Source: Macrostomum lignano
Lineage: Eukaryota
Direction of reading: 5' to 3'
DNA: 64,000 bases
NCBI GenBank assembly: GCA_002269645.1
Contig: NIVC01000652.1
Span: 124,001-188,000 of the forward strand
Each line of letters opens with the position of its first letter. Position 1 is the stretch's first letter. Positions 11,290-21,500 of the stretch are shown piece after piece. The notes beneath the pieces are model-generated. The model had not been told where the DNA came from. It ran no database searches and saw nothing but the letters and a program-made list of their open reading frames with translations. The position numbers and the translations under genes are program-made.

Positions 11290-12345
11290 TAAGCATTGCA
11301 GTAGTGTATCTAGGCATTGTATATATGGCAATTTTTTGAAGGCATGATACATAGAAGGCTCCAATTTGTGTGCGGCACAATTGTGTTAAAAGAAATTGTT
11401 TCTTGCCCATAGTTTTAGCAAACTTGTAAGTCCAACTCAACTTCCTGTCATCATAGATGCTTTATCTGTTGTAACACCCCATAGTCTTCTAAGACAAATG
11501 TCACAATACTATCTTGAGTAAATAAATCTTTTAGCATATCATGGTTTGTCTTGTTTCTGTGACTGACAGTTGCTTAAATCTATCGAAGTACATTATTGGT
11601 TTTCTCTTCTCAAGCATCTGTAAACATATCATTAGGTAACTATTTGTAACTGTTTGTATAACTAACTTGTATAACTAACAGGTTGTTGCATATTTCTTTT
11701 TCTTGGAGGACTCTCACTTCTTTGGCCATCAGTCTCAGTCTCCAAATCTGAGTCCAAATGAATGGCTGTATGTGGTTATTGGATCTGCGCTTCAGTATCA
11801 GCATTAGTTGATAGGCAAGATTCTATAGCAATAGATTCAGCATGAGCATTGCACAATCATACAAATTCTGTCTCAAGATGTCTCGTTTCTTCATTCATTT
11901 CAAAAACAGCTTCTCTTTCAGCTGAAATTACTTAAGAAGAGCAATATGCTTGGGTTGTTGCATCTGCACCATGAATCTCAATTTTTGCATTATGCACAGA
12001 TAGATCTCTTTTAGAAGCGACAACCTCTGGATTTTGCACTACCATTAACAGTCCCTCTCTGTGTGAGCTTGCTGAACATTGGGATGGTAGTGCTTCTAGT
12101 TCTCTTGAATGTGCTGCAGCTGCACCATTACCTGATCCCCAGGCTGCACTTAAGATTGCTGGTAAATTTTATTCTAATATCTAATGTGCATCAGAACAAT
12201 CATTAACTTCTCCAGGAGTTACATGACCAAGTTTTTATTGTGTAAAGAGCAATGGCTTTTGCTCTTCAGCTGTAGAAAGGGGGCACCAGTTGATAGAATA
12301 GTCTTCGTGGCCTTTTTCATCCCATTCACATGCAGGATGCAATTA
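11290..12345 (-). pseudogene. Degraded hAT transposase fragments
   Basis: Manual minus-strand translation gives WDEKGHEDYSINWCPLSTAEEQKPLLFTQ*KLG (vs WDEVGHEDYSINRCPTSNSEVQKPLLFTRWKLG), NSYLMICLQMLEKRKPIMYFDRFK, RLWGVTTD and NNFF*HNCAAHKLE, with multiple stops. Confidence 0.9.
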
Positions 12346-13964
12346 AGTGCAGCAATGTCCAAGCAATACTTAGGCTTTTAGGCAACTTAGGCAACTACTT
12401 AGGCAAAGTCCAGGCAATGCGATTAATGTATGTTTTGGCCCTAGGATTGCGAATCAGAAGCCTTTTCAGCAGCTTCCAATACCTAACTGGCCTGCCTACT
12501 ACTACCAATATGGGAGACTATTATTAGACTTAGTATAAGTCATCTGCTATATTGCTATTTTATCAATGTACATATATTGCTTAAAGTTAAGGCAGTCTTA
12601 GTGTATATACCAAATTATATATCTTTTTTTCTTAAAAAAATTTATACCTATAGTCTAGAATTTGGCCTTTATACAAAAAATTGTGACAAATTTTTGCTCC
12701 ACTGACTATCTTGGTGTACAAAAATAGCCAAGTTCAGGCTTAGTGTATATGGTGTAGTTGAATATAGATCAAGGAAAGCTCTTAAAAGCAAAAATAGAAA
12801 ATAATAATGCAACTTACAAGGAAAGCAAAAGTAAAACAAAGAATAAAAGTTTCTAGCAAAAAAGTATGCTTTAAAGTTGCATAACCTGGCACTTTTATGG
12901 ATGTCCACCATCATAGATTTCAACTTTATAAGTATATTGCATCTCTTTGAAAGCATTTTAAGGTGTATTTTAAAATAAATTTTTTTAAAAAGCCTAAATT
13001 TTGTTATAAAAATTAATAATTCAAAACTGCCTACTTTTATATTTGTATGCATATCTAAATCATGTAGTTAAAGCATAACTTAGGTTTATTATTGTGCAAG
13101 TCGAACTAGAATAGCACAAAAGCAAGTATCTACAAAACTCTAGAGTATCTAATGTATAGAATATAGAATGACAAGTTTTTATCACATTACTTTGCGACTC
13201 TAAGCTTTGTAAAGGTGTTTGATTGCTTTTTGAGCATATTACATTATAGAGAAATGAGTCATTTTGTACTAGAAATAACCAAATCACACTAAAAAAATTT
13301 AATGATTTCTGTGATCCAATTTTTTTGCAATCTAACATACAATATTTAGAAAGATATTTTTTTCCAATGACATTTTAAGCTTTGTAATAGGTTTGGTTAC
13401 TTGGTTCAAGCATATTGCATTGCTGAGAAATTAGCCTGGCAACAAACACTGAGTCAATTATATATAGAGACGGTTTTCAACTTTTAGACCTAGAAATGCC
13501 CAAGAAAATATAGTGCAGTTTTATGCACGCATATGTCTGAGATTTGTCATTTAGTCTAAATAATTTTGGTTGTCACTGTTTTATAACTTTAATATACTGT
13601 ATGGCTTACAACTAAAATGGTTACATAAATGTTTGTTTGATTCAACCATTTGGTTTGGTTCTAGCTGTGATGTCTGGCAGTGCTCAACTTTAAAGCCAAA
13701 CTTATAAATTTCTCACTCATTCATGCAATGCTTTTCAGCCGAAACTAACTTGGCTCAGTTTTAAACCATTCATTCAAGTATACTGTAATCTGCTGTCCGC
13801 GTTAACCAAGTTTCTGTCATTGCGCCCATGAGAAGCTCCCGGCAGCGGCAGCATCAACCTCTCACTTTGATTCAAAGCTCCATCATCAGTCCCAGCAGCT
13901 CCAGCAGCATCGGCGCCCACGGCCTCCTGAGCGAAGCCCCGGCTACCCCCCGCGGCGTAGCCGA

Positions 13965-14393
13965 ATGGTAATATTGGAGCAGCAGCAGCAGCCCCCCCAA
14001 CAACAATGCATCAACAACATGTCGTGCGCCGCAGCAGCAGCAGCAGCAGCCGCCGTCGTGAGCGCAGCCCAGCAGGAGCAGCTGGCTGCTTCAGCTGCGG
14101 ATTCTGGCTCTCCGGAGCCGCCGCAGTCCGCAGCTGGCGGCAGTAGAAGCAGCGGCAGCGGTTGCCATAGCGACGGCGAAACGGCCGCCGGAAATAACAA
14201 AGACGGCAACACCGGCTGCACCGCTGACGACATGTCGCCCCAGCACTGCGCCAATGGCTTGGCCGAGGCCAGGCCGAAACTGCCACAGTCGCCGCCACAG
14301 CAGCAGCCGCTCCCCCAGTCAGTCAGCGATGAGCCCGCGGAGCAGAAGCCGTTGGACTCCGCGAGCTTGCAGCAGCGGCTCGGCTATCGCCAA
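13965..14393 (+). CDS. KANSL1: KANSL1 exon 1 (coding part)
   Basis: ATG at 13965; donor GTTTGT at 14394, phase 0. Confidence 0.7.
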
Positions 14394-17341
14394 GTTTGTA
14401 CTTTTTATTTAACAACGCTTGTTGTTGCCAAGTACCCAAGCTCAAGAACTCTGATCTCTTCCCCGAAAACCTGATTCCAAACCCGACTTGATCCCTAACC
14501 CACCCGACTCAAACCCTAACCCAACCCGACTCAAACCCTAACCCACCCGACTGGAACCCTAACCCACCCGACTGGAACCCTAACCCATCCGACACAAACC
14601 CTAACCCACCCGACTGGAACCCTAACCCATCCGACACAAACCCTAACCCACCCGACTGGAACCCTAACCCACCCGACTGGAAGCCTAACCCATCCGACTC
14701 GAACCCTAACCCACCCGACTCAAACCTTAACTCACCCGACTGGAAGTCATCCGTTGCCTCATCACCACCCAATCTCAGGGCCAGTTGTCAGCCTGGACGG
14801 CCCATCTGGACGCTGAGGCGCAGCTTGAAGGCCTGGACTCGCTGACCCGCACCCTGCTGACTGGTGCCGGCCTCGGGTTTGCCGAGTGCGCAACCCAGGA
14901 GCTGGCGAGTCGCCTCGTGCAGCCCGACTGCCCATCCGGCAGCTTTGAGGCTCTGCTAGGCGACCCGGCGGTCAACAGAAATCTGCCAGAGGCCTCCTGT
15001 CTGCCCGGCCTGTCCCGCTTGCTGCACTCCTGCATGGACAGCGACGCCACCGACTCCGACAGCCACGATGACAGTGTGGCGGACAGCGACGACAGCTCGG
15101 CCGGCGTGTCCGAGACTTCGTCCGCTGCGCTGAAGGAGCGGGAGGCCTGGTTCCGCAAGCGGGCTCAGCTGGTCACCCGCTGGCAGTGGGTGAGTTGAGA
15201 AAAATGCTGCTGATGGCGACGTTGCTTTTGGGTGAGACCATGGACTGCTGAGCCTAGGATCTCTAGAACTAGTGCCTAGTTGGGCTCAGGGACATCTACA
15301 TGCAGTATCTGGAGTGGCTGCACCTCATTAATCCCTAGTTGGGGTCAGGGACATCTACATGCAGTATCTGGAGTGGCTGCACCTCATTAATCCCTAGTTG
15401 GGGTCAGGGACATCTACATGCAGTATCTGGAGTGGCTGCACCTCATTAATCCCTAGTTGGGGTCAGGGACATCTACATGCAGTATCTGGAGTGGCTGCAC
15501 CTCATTAATCCCTAGTTGGGGTCAGGGACATCTACATGCAGTATCTGGGGTGGCTGCACCTCATTAATCCCTAGTTGGGGTCAGGGACATCTACATGCAG
15601 TATCTGGAGTGGCTGCACCTCATTAATCCCTAGTTGGGGTCAGGGACATCTACATGCAGTATCTGGAGTAGCTGCACCTCATTAATCCCTAGTTGGGGTC
15701 AGGGACATCTACATGCAGTATCTGGGGTGGCTGCACCTCATCAATCCCTAGTTGGGGTCAGGGACATCTACATGCAGTATCTGGGGTGGCTGCACCTCAT
15801 CAATCCCTAGTTGGGGTCAGGGACATCTACATGCAGTATCTGGGGTGGCTGCACCTCATTAATCCCTAGTTGGGGTCAGGGACATCTACATGCAGTATCT
15901 GGGGTGGCTGCACCTCATTAATCCCTAGTTGGGGTCAGGGACATCTACATGCAGTATCTGGGGTGGCTGCACCTCATTAATCCCTAGTTGGGGTCAGGGA
16001 CATCTACATGCAGTATCTGGGGTGGCTGCACCTCATCAATCCCTAGTTGGGGTCAGGGAAATGCACGTGCAGTATCTGGAGAGGCAGTCATCAGGCACCC
16101 ATAATATCCCTACTTGCTCTTACCTTTGCCTCCTCCAACCCGCGCTATCGCAGGTGAGCCAGCAGCTCAGCGACGTGGACTGCCGCCTCCGCGCCTACTC
16201 TGACCTCTGCGATCGCCTGTCCAACAAGCCCTGGCGCTTCGATCCCACCAGCTCCGCCAGCCGCTGCGTGCCGGCGCCCCCGCAGCTGCTGGCCGGCGGC
16301 CGGCGCCGCGTCCGGCTTCAGCCGCCACGGATGTCCGCCGCCAGCACCGCCGGCGGCCTCGTGCGCTGCTCCTGCGCCCCACCGCTGCCCGGCTGCGCTC
16401 TGTGCGGCGGCTGGCGTAATCGGGTCCGCCCGGCGAACGCGCAGGCGCCGATCTCAGAGCGGGCGCAGCAGCTGGACCCCGCCTGCCACCCGGCGCTGGG
16501 GCCGCCGGCCGATCGCCAGCACATCGAGACGGCCGTGTCGTCCATCTTCAGGAAGAAGCGGTCCAGGCAGCGCCAGCAGCAGGAGCAGCAGGCAGGCCAG
16601 GCCACCAAGCAGCAGCAGCAGCACCGCAGGAAGCCTCTGCCGTCATCCCTTGACGCGATGTCGCAGGCGAGCTCGTCCTCCTCCAGCGCTTCAGCGGCCA
16701 GGCAAAAGCAGCAGCAGCAGCCTCACCGCCGCCAGCGCCAGAATCCGCCGCCATTGAAAATCCCATCCCTCACCTCCACTGCGCTGATGAAGAAGCTGCA
16801 GCCGCCGCTCCAGCAGCATCAGAAACCTGCGGACGGCGATGCCGCTGTTGGCTTCAACGGCTCAGCCGACCTGGCCGCGGCGGACGACGGCGAGCTGTCG
16901 CCGGAGTCGCCCCCGTGGACGCCGCACCACTACGAACCCATCGAGTACCGGGAGATTTCCACCCCCAGCTGGCGCCCCGTGCCCGCCCTGCCGCCCGCCT
17001 CGGACATCCGCGTGTACGCCAAGCTGGCCAAGCCTGCGGCCGCCAACGGCGCCGCCCCCGCCCAGGCCGCGCTCCGCCTGTGCCGCCTCCAGGAGACGCC
17101 TGGCATGTCGGAGGACCTCACCGACGCCGCTTATTACAGTCGGCATCGGCCGTGCGAGAAAGCCGAGCACCTGCGCAACTGGGGCCGCAAACTGCGCCCG
17201 AGCCCCGGCAAGGCCGGCCAGCCTCATCAGCAGCTGCGTCTCCCGGCAGCCGCCCAGGTGGCCGCGTCTCCTGAGGATGACGGCGGCTACAATCCGGGCT
17301 ATCCTCTGCGCCAGTTCCCGCTGCCGCAGGATCCCATTTAG
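13965..17341 (+). CDS. KANSL1: KAT8 regulatory NSL complex subunit 1 (NSL1) homolog; exons 13965-14393, 14779-15189, 16154-17341; ~675 aa
   Basis: Both introns are GT-AG and phase 0. Spliced protein has DSDATDS..., W..KRAQLVTRWQWVSQQLSDVDCRLR, CSCAPPLPGCALCGG, DPACHPAL and a C-terminal PEHE-like YREISTPSWR...EDLTDAAYYSRH..CEKAE, as recalled from human KANSL1. The N-terminus may extend upstream (frame open from 13806). Confidence 0.88.
14475..14745. repeat. 21-bp minisatellite (AACCCTAACCCACCCGACTGG) in KANSL1 intron 1
   Basis: About 12 direct repeats, most containing CCCTAA. Confidence 0.9.
14779..15189 (+). CDS. KANSL1: KANSL1 exon 2
   Basis: Acceptor CTCAG at 14778; donor GTGAGT at 15190. 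Confidence 0.9.
15276..16080. repeat. 59-bp minisatellite, ~13 copies, in KANSL1 intron 2
   Basis: Unit CTAGTTGGGGTCAGGGACATCTACATGCAGTATCTGGAGTGGCTGCACCTCATTAATCC. Confidence 0.95.
16154..17341 (+). CDS. KANSL1: KANSL1 exon 3 (includes PEHE domain)
   Basis: Acceptor TCGCAG at 16153; stop TAA at 17339-17341. Confidence 0.9.
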   Translation: MSQQLSDVDCRLRAYSDLCDRLSNKPWRFDPTSSASRCVPAPPQLLAGGRRRVRLQPPRMSAASTAGGLVRCSCAPPLPGCALCGGWRNRVRPANAQAPISERAQQLDPACHPALGPPADRQHIETAVSSIFRKKRSRQRQQQEQQAGQATKQQQQHRRKPLPSSLDAMSQASSSSSSASAARQKQQQQPHRRQRQNPPPLKIPSLTSTALMKKLQPPLQQHQKPADGDAAVGFNGSADLAAADDGELSPESPPWTPHHYEPIEYREISTPSWRPVPALPPASDIRVYAKLAKPAAANGAAPAQAALRLCRLQETPGMSEDLTDAAYYSRHRPCEKAEHLRNWGRKLRPSPGKAGQPHQQLRLPAAAQVAASPEDDGGYNPGYPLRQFPLPQDPI

Positions 17342-18265
17342 CGGCTGTCAGCAATCCCGCATCTCCGCTATTTTTGTGTCTCAGCCGCCCCTCCCGCTAT
17401 AATAGCTGCTGTTGTATTGCCGCCAGGGCGCAGTTTGCACCAGCTTTTTCCGTTTGCCTGTCCGATCCGCACTTTCTATCGCGTCCGATTGATTCTGTGC
17501 CGTTTTTAGACCCTCCGGCTTACTGTGGCTGCAGTGAAGGCTGAGTGCGGCGCCGGGGACTGCGAGAGAGAGATTGACAGACCGCGAGCTGTCAGTCATG
17601 CGGCTTTATTTACCAGATAAATTTGCCTGCGTACGCGCAGCTTCCGCACCTGTCCAAGCAGCGCAGATGAGGCCCAGTGTCCTCCTATCGCTGATTTTGC
17701 ATCGTCTGCGGCCCTTTGAAGTTGGCAGCCCCGTGTAATTTTTGCAACAAAATTCTGTTGTTCTCGCCTATTGGAGTATCGCGCTGCCCCAGTTCCTCTC
17801 CCCTTCGCTTAGACTGGGCTTTACATATTTTCTTATTTGTTATAACTTATATACTTCTATATATATTCATGTATGGTGATTCCCTGCCTCTGCTCTAATT
17901 CTGGCTCTCTGTTTGTCCATCTCTGAGTTCTCGGAGCAGTTCTCAGCGGCAGCCCCTGGCGCACCCAGCCTGTGTAAGCATCAATTTGTAGCCACCGATC
18001 ATGTCTCGCGTCTGTAATTTGCAAATATTGCGCGTACATTTAAAAGAATATTCGACCGGCATGTTTGTCAAATAAATTTAGTTCAAAATCAAGCAAAAAA
18101 GCAAAATGCTTCTGTCTTGCTTCGTTTCTTCTTTTGCTTAGCTTAGCGCTTGAGGCCTGTTGCTGATAGTTGCCAGGGGCAAGTTTGGATTTGTCCCAGT
18201 AATTAATAATTCTGACAGTATCGAATCTTCACTCCAGCCCTCGGCTTGCAGCCTCCCAGCAGCTG

Positions 18266-18598
18266 ATGAAGCGGCTGAGAAATCTGTTCCGCCGAGGCGG
18301 GCCGCGGCAGCAGCAGCCGCCGCCGCCGGACCAGCAGGCGATCGGAGCCGCCGCTGCGGCCGGGACGGACCGCTGGCAGTCCGAGCCAGAGCTGTCGGTG
18401 TGCCGCGGCGGTGAATCACTCGACCCCCAGCTGCTGGCTGTTGACGTTGGCGACGGCGGCGCTGCTGGCGAGTCCGCCGCTGCCACACCTGCTGCCGCTT
18501 CAGCTGCCGGCGGCCCTTCGTCCGCTCTGCATGGCAGTCTCGGCAGGACTGCACCTGCGGGATCGCTGGGCGACTTCAAGTCCCGCCTGATGGGGCTG
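18266..18598 (+). CDS. Gene 2 exon 1
   Basis: ATG at 18266; donor GTGAGC at 18599. Confidence 0.75.
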
Positions 18599-21500
18599 GT
18601 GAGCCTGCTAATTTTTATTTGTCTCTTAAATCCTCATCCCGAGAATGTCTCTTAATCCTCATCCCGAGAATGTCTCTTAATCCCCATCCCGAGAATGTCT
18701 CTTAATCCCCATCCCGAGAATGTCTCTTAATCCTCATCCCGAGAATGTCTCTTAATCCTCATCCCGACAATGTCTCTTAATCCTCATCCCGAGAATGTCT
18801 CTTAATCCTCATCCCGAGAATGTCTCTTAATCCTCATCCCGACAATGTCTCTTAATCCTCATCCTGAGAATGTCTCCTAATCCTCATCCCAAGAATGTCT
18901 TTTAATCCTCATCCCAAGAATGTCTCTTAATCCTCATCCCGAGAATGTCTCTTAATCCCCATCCCGAGAATGTCTCTTAATCCCCATCCCGAGAATGTCT
19001 CTTAATCCTCATCCCGAGAATGTCTCTTAATCCTCATCCCAAGAATGTCTTTTAATCCTCATCCCAAGAATGTCTCTTAATCCTCATCCCGAGAATGTCT
19101 CTTAATCCTCATCCCGACAATGTCTCTTAATCCTCATCCTGAGAATGTCTCCTAATCCTCATCCCAAGAATGTCTTTTAATCCTCATCCCAAGAATGCCT
19201 CTTAATCCTCTCTAAAGCAATCTACTTATTAATCCCGGTTTATCACCGCTGTTCATCTCTTTTTATCCCATCTCTTCTAGGAGCAGAAACTGTCCGACCG
19301 CCAGCTGCCTATTGTGCTCGGCCCGCGGCCGCCCTCCTTCCGGCCCCGGCCGGAGCGGTCCCAGTCTGGCGGCGGCCCACCAGCGGCCTCCGCCTCTGAT
19401 GACGAAGGCCTCCCGCGCAGTCCCACCGCCGTCATCTCCGGCAGCAGCGGCGGAGGAGGCGGTCGGATCATGGGCAGTGGCGGCGGCGGCAGCCGCTCGG
19501 CCTCCACGCGGTCGTTGCTGTCATACGGCTCCTCCGTGGCCGACGAAGCCGCCTCGGACGCCGCATCGCTGGACGCTGGCATGCAGTCGCTTGACCACTC
19601 GGCCGCGCACCACCGCATGGCCGTTCGCCGGCGCCGCCCGCCTACCCGGCCGACTTCGCCCGCCTCGGCCAGCGCGACCGGCGCGGCCTCTTTGAGCTCT
19701 GCGGCCTCCTCAGCGGCGGCCTCGCCAACCTCAGCGGCTGCCGGTCCGGCGACCGCCCCGCTTCTGCTGGACTTCATCCGCGAGGAGACGGCAGTGCAGA
19801 CCGCCAAGGCCATGCTGCCCATCGTGGAGCCGCCGCCGACAGCCAGCGGTGCCGCTCTCCGCCCGACCTCCGTTGTGTTCGTCAAGCGCCGGCAGGAGAC
19901 CGCTCCCGCTGCCACGGCCGGCGCCGCTGCCACTTCGACACCGACCCCGGAGTTTCTCGCTAGGCGGCGCCTCCGACCTGTGACGGCGCTGGCCACTGAG
20001 CCGCCGTTGCAGCAGCAGCAGGCAGTCGCCGATGTGCCGCCGACAACGGCAGCCTCCCCAGCTGCTGATGAATCGCCTGCGACTGCGGCGGAAGCCAAGC
20101 CGGTAAGTGCGGAGTTCGAGTCTCTAAACATTCTATCATTAGTTTGGACTCCTGCAGTTTGTGCTTCATCTGAGGATGAGAAAGTCAGGGCCGCTTTGCG
20201 CCCACCGTGTGCGAGCGCGTGCGTGCGTTATCTGGGACTGGCGGACTGGGAGAGTCAATCCATCAGACTTCACGAGCTCTAAGTCTCGTATCTTCGAACT
20301 CATTAAAGTGGATGAGCGAGGTTGTTCCAGTCTAAAATTTCCAGCTTGTCAAATTTGATTGATTCAAACTGGATTGCGGCAGCGCCCGCAGCCTCCCTTC
20401 ATCAGACTGGCTTGTCAAATTTATTGATTCAAACTGGATTGCGGCAGCGCCCGCAGCCTCCCTTCATCAAACTGGCTTGTCAATTTGATTGATTCAAACT
20501 TGATTGCGGCAGCGCCCGCAGCCTCCCTTCATCAAACTGGCTTGTCAAATTTGATTGATTCAAACTTGATTGCGGCAGCGCCCGCAGCCTCCCTTCATCA
20601 AACTGGCTTGTCAATTTTATTGATTCAAACTGGATTGCGGCAGCGCCCGCAGCCTCCCTTCATCAGACTGGCTTGTCAAATTTGATTGATTCAAACTGGA
20701 TTGCGGCAGCGCCCGCAGCCTCCCTTCATCAAACTGGCTTGTCAAATTTGATTGATTCAAACTTGATTGCGGCAGCGCCCGCAGCCTCCCTTCATCAAAC
20801 TGGCTTGTCAATTTTATTGATTCAAACTGGATTGCGGCAGCGCCCGCAGCCTCCCTTCATCAGACTGGCTTGTCAAATTTGATTGATTCAAACTGGATTG
20901 CGGCAGCGCCCGCAGCCTCCCTTCATCAAACTGGCTTGTCAATTTGATTGATTCAAACTGGATTGCGGCAGCGCCCGCACCCGACCGAAAATATTTGTCC
21001 TTTCAAAAACAGTAAGTGTGCCAGTTGTGCCACAAATATGCCCTTTGACAGAGTTATAAATGTCTTTGTATGTCATATTTGGCACACTTGATACAATTGT
21101 ACCAATTGTGCCGTAGCTATGCCATTTGGCACAGTTTGTAAATGTCGATGTATGTCCTATTTGGCACACTTGACACAAATAGTATTTTTACTGCTAATTG
21201 GCCAATGAAACCAATTGGCACACTTGGCACACTTGCTACAATTGTGCCAGTTGTGCCACAGCTATACCATTTAGCACAGTTATAAATGTCTTTGTATGTC
21301 CTATTTGGCACACCTGGCACAAATAACCTTTTTATAGCTAATTCCCCTTGGAAACCATTTGGCACACTTGGCGCACTCACTACAAGTGTACCAGTTGTGC
21401 CACAGCTATACTATTTGACACAGTTATATAACTGTCTTGGACTGTCCTTCTTGGCACACTTGGCACGAATATCCTTTTTATAGCTAATTGGTTATTAAAA

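Larger units (their letters stand above)
10565..12350 (-). mobile_element. Decayed, internally deleted sister hAT element (3' end at 10565; 5' end not found)
   Basis: TIR-like CATACATGCCCAAC at 10565, a subterminal array, and minus-strand transposase remnants. Confidence 0.85.

Noticed and set aside
12062-12069. TGTGAGCT, matching the 8 bp left of the 10565 TIR, as the second TSD
   Set aside because: It is not preceded by a TIR and lies inside the transposase remnant, so it is a coincidence.
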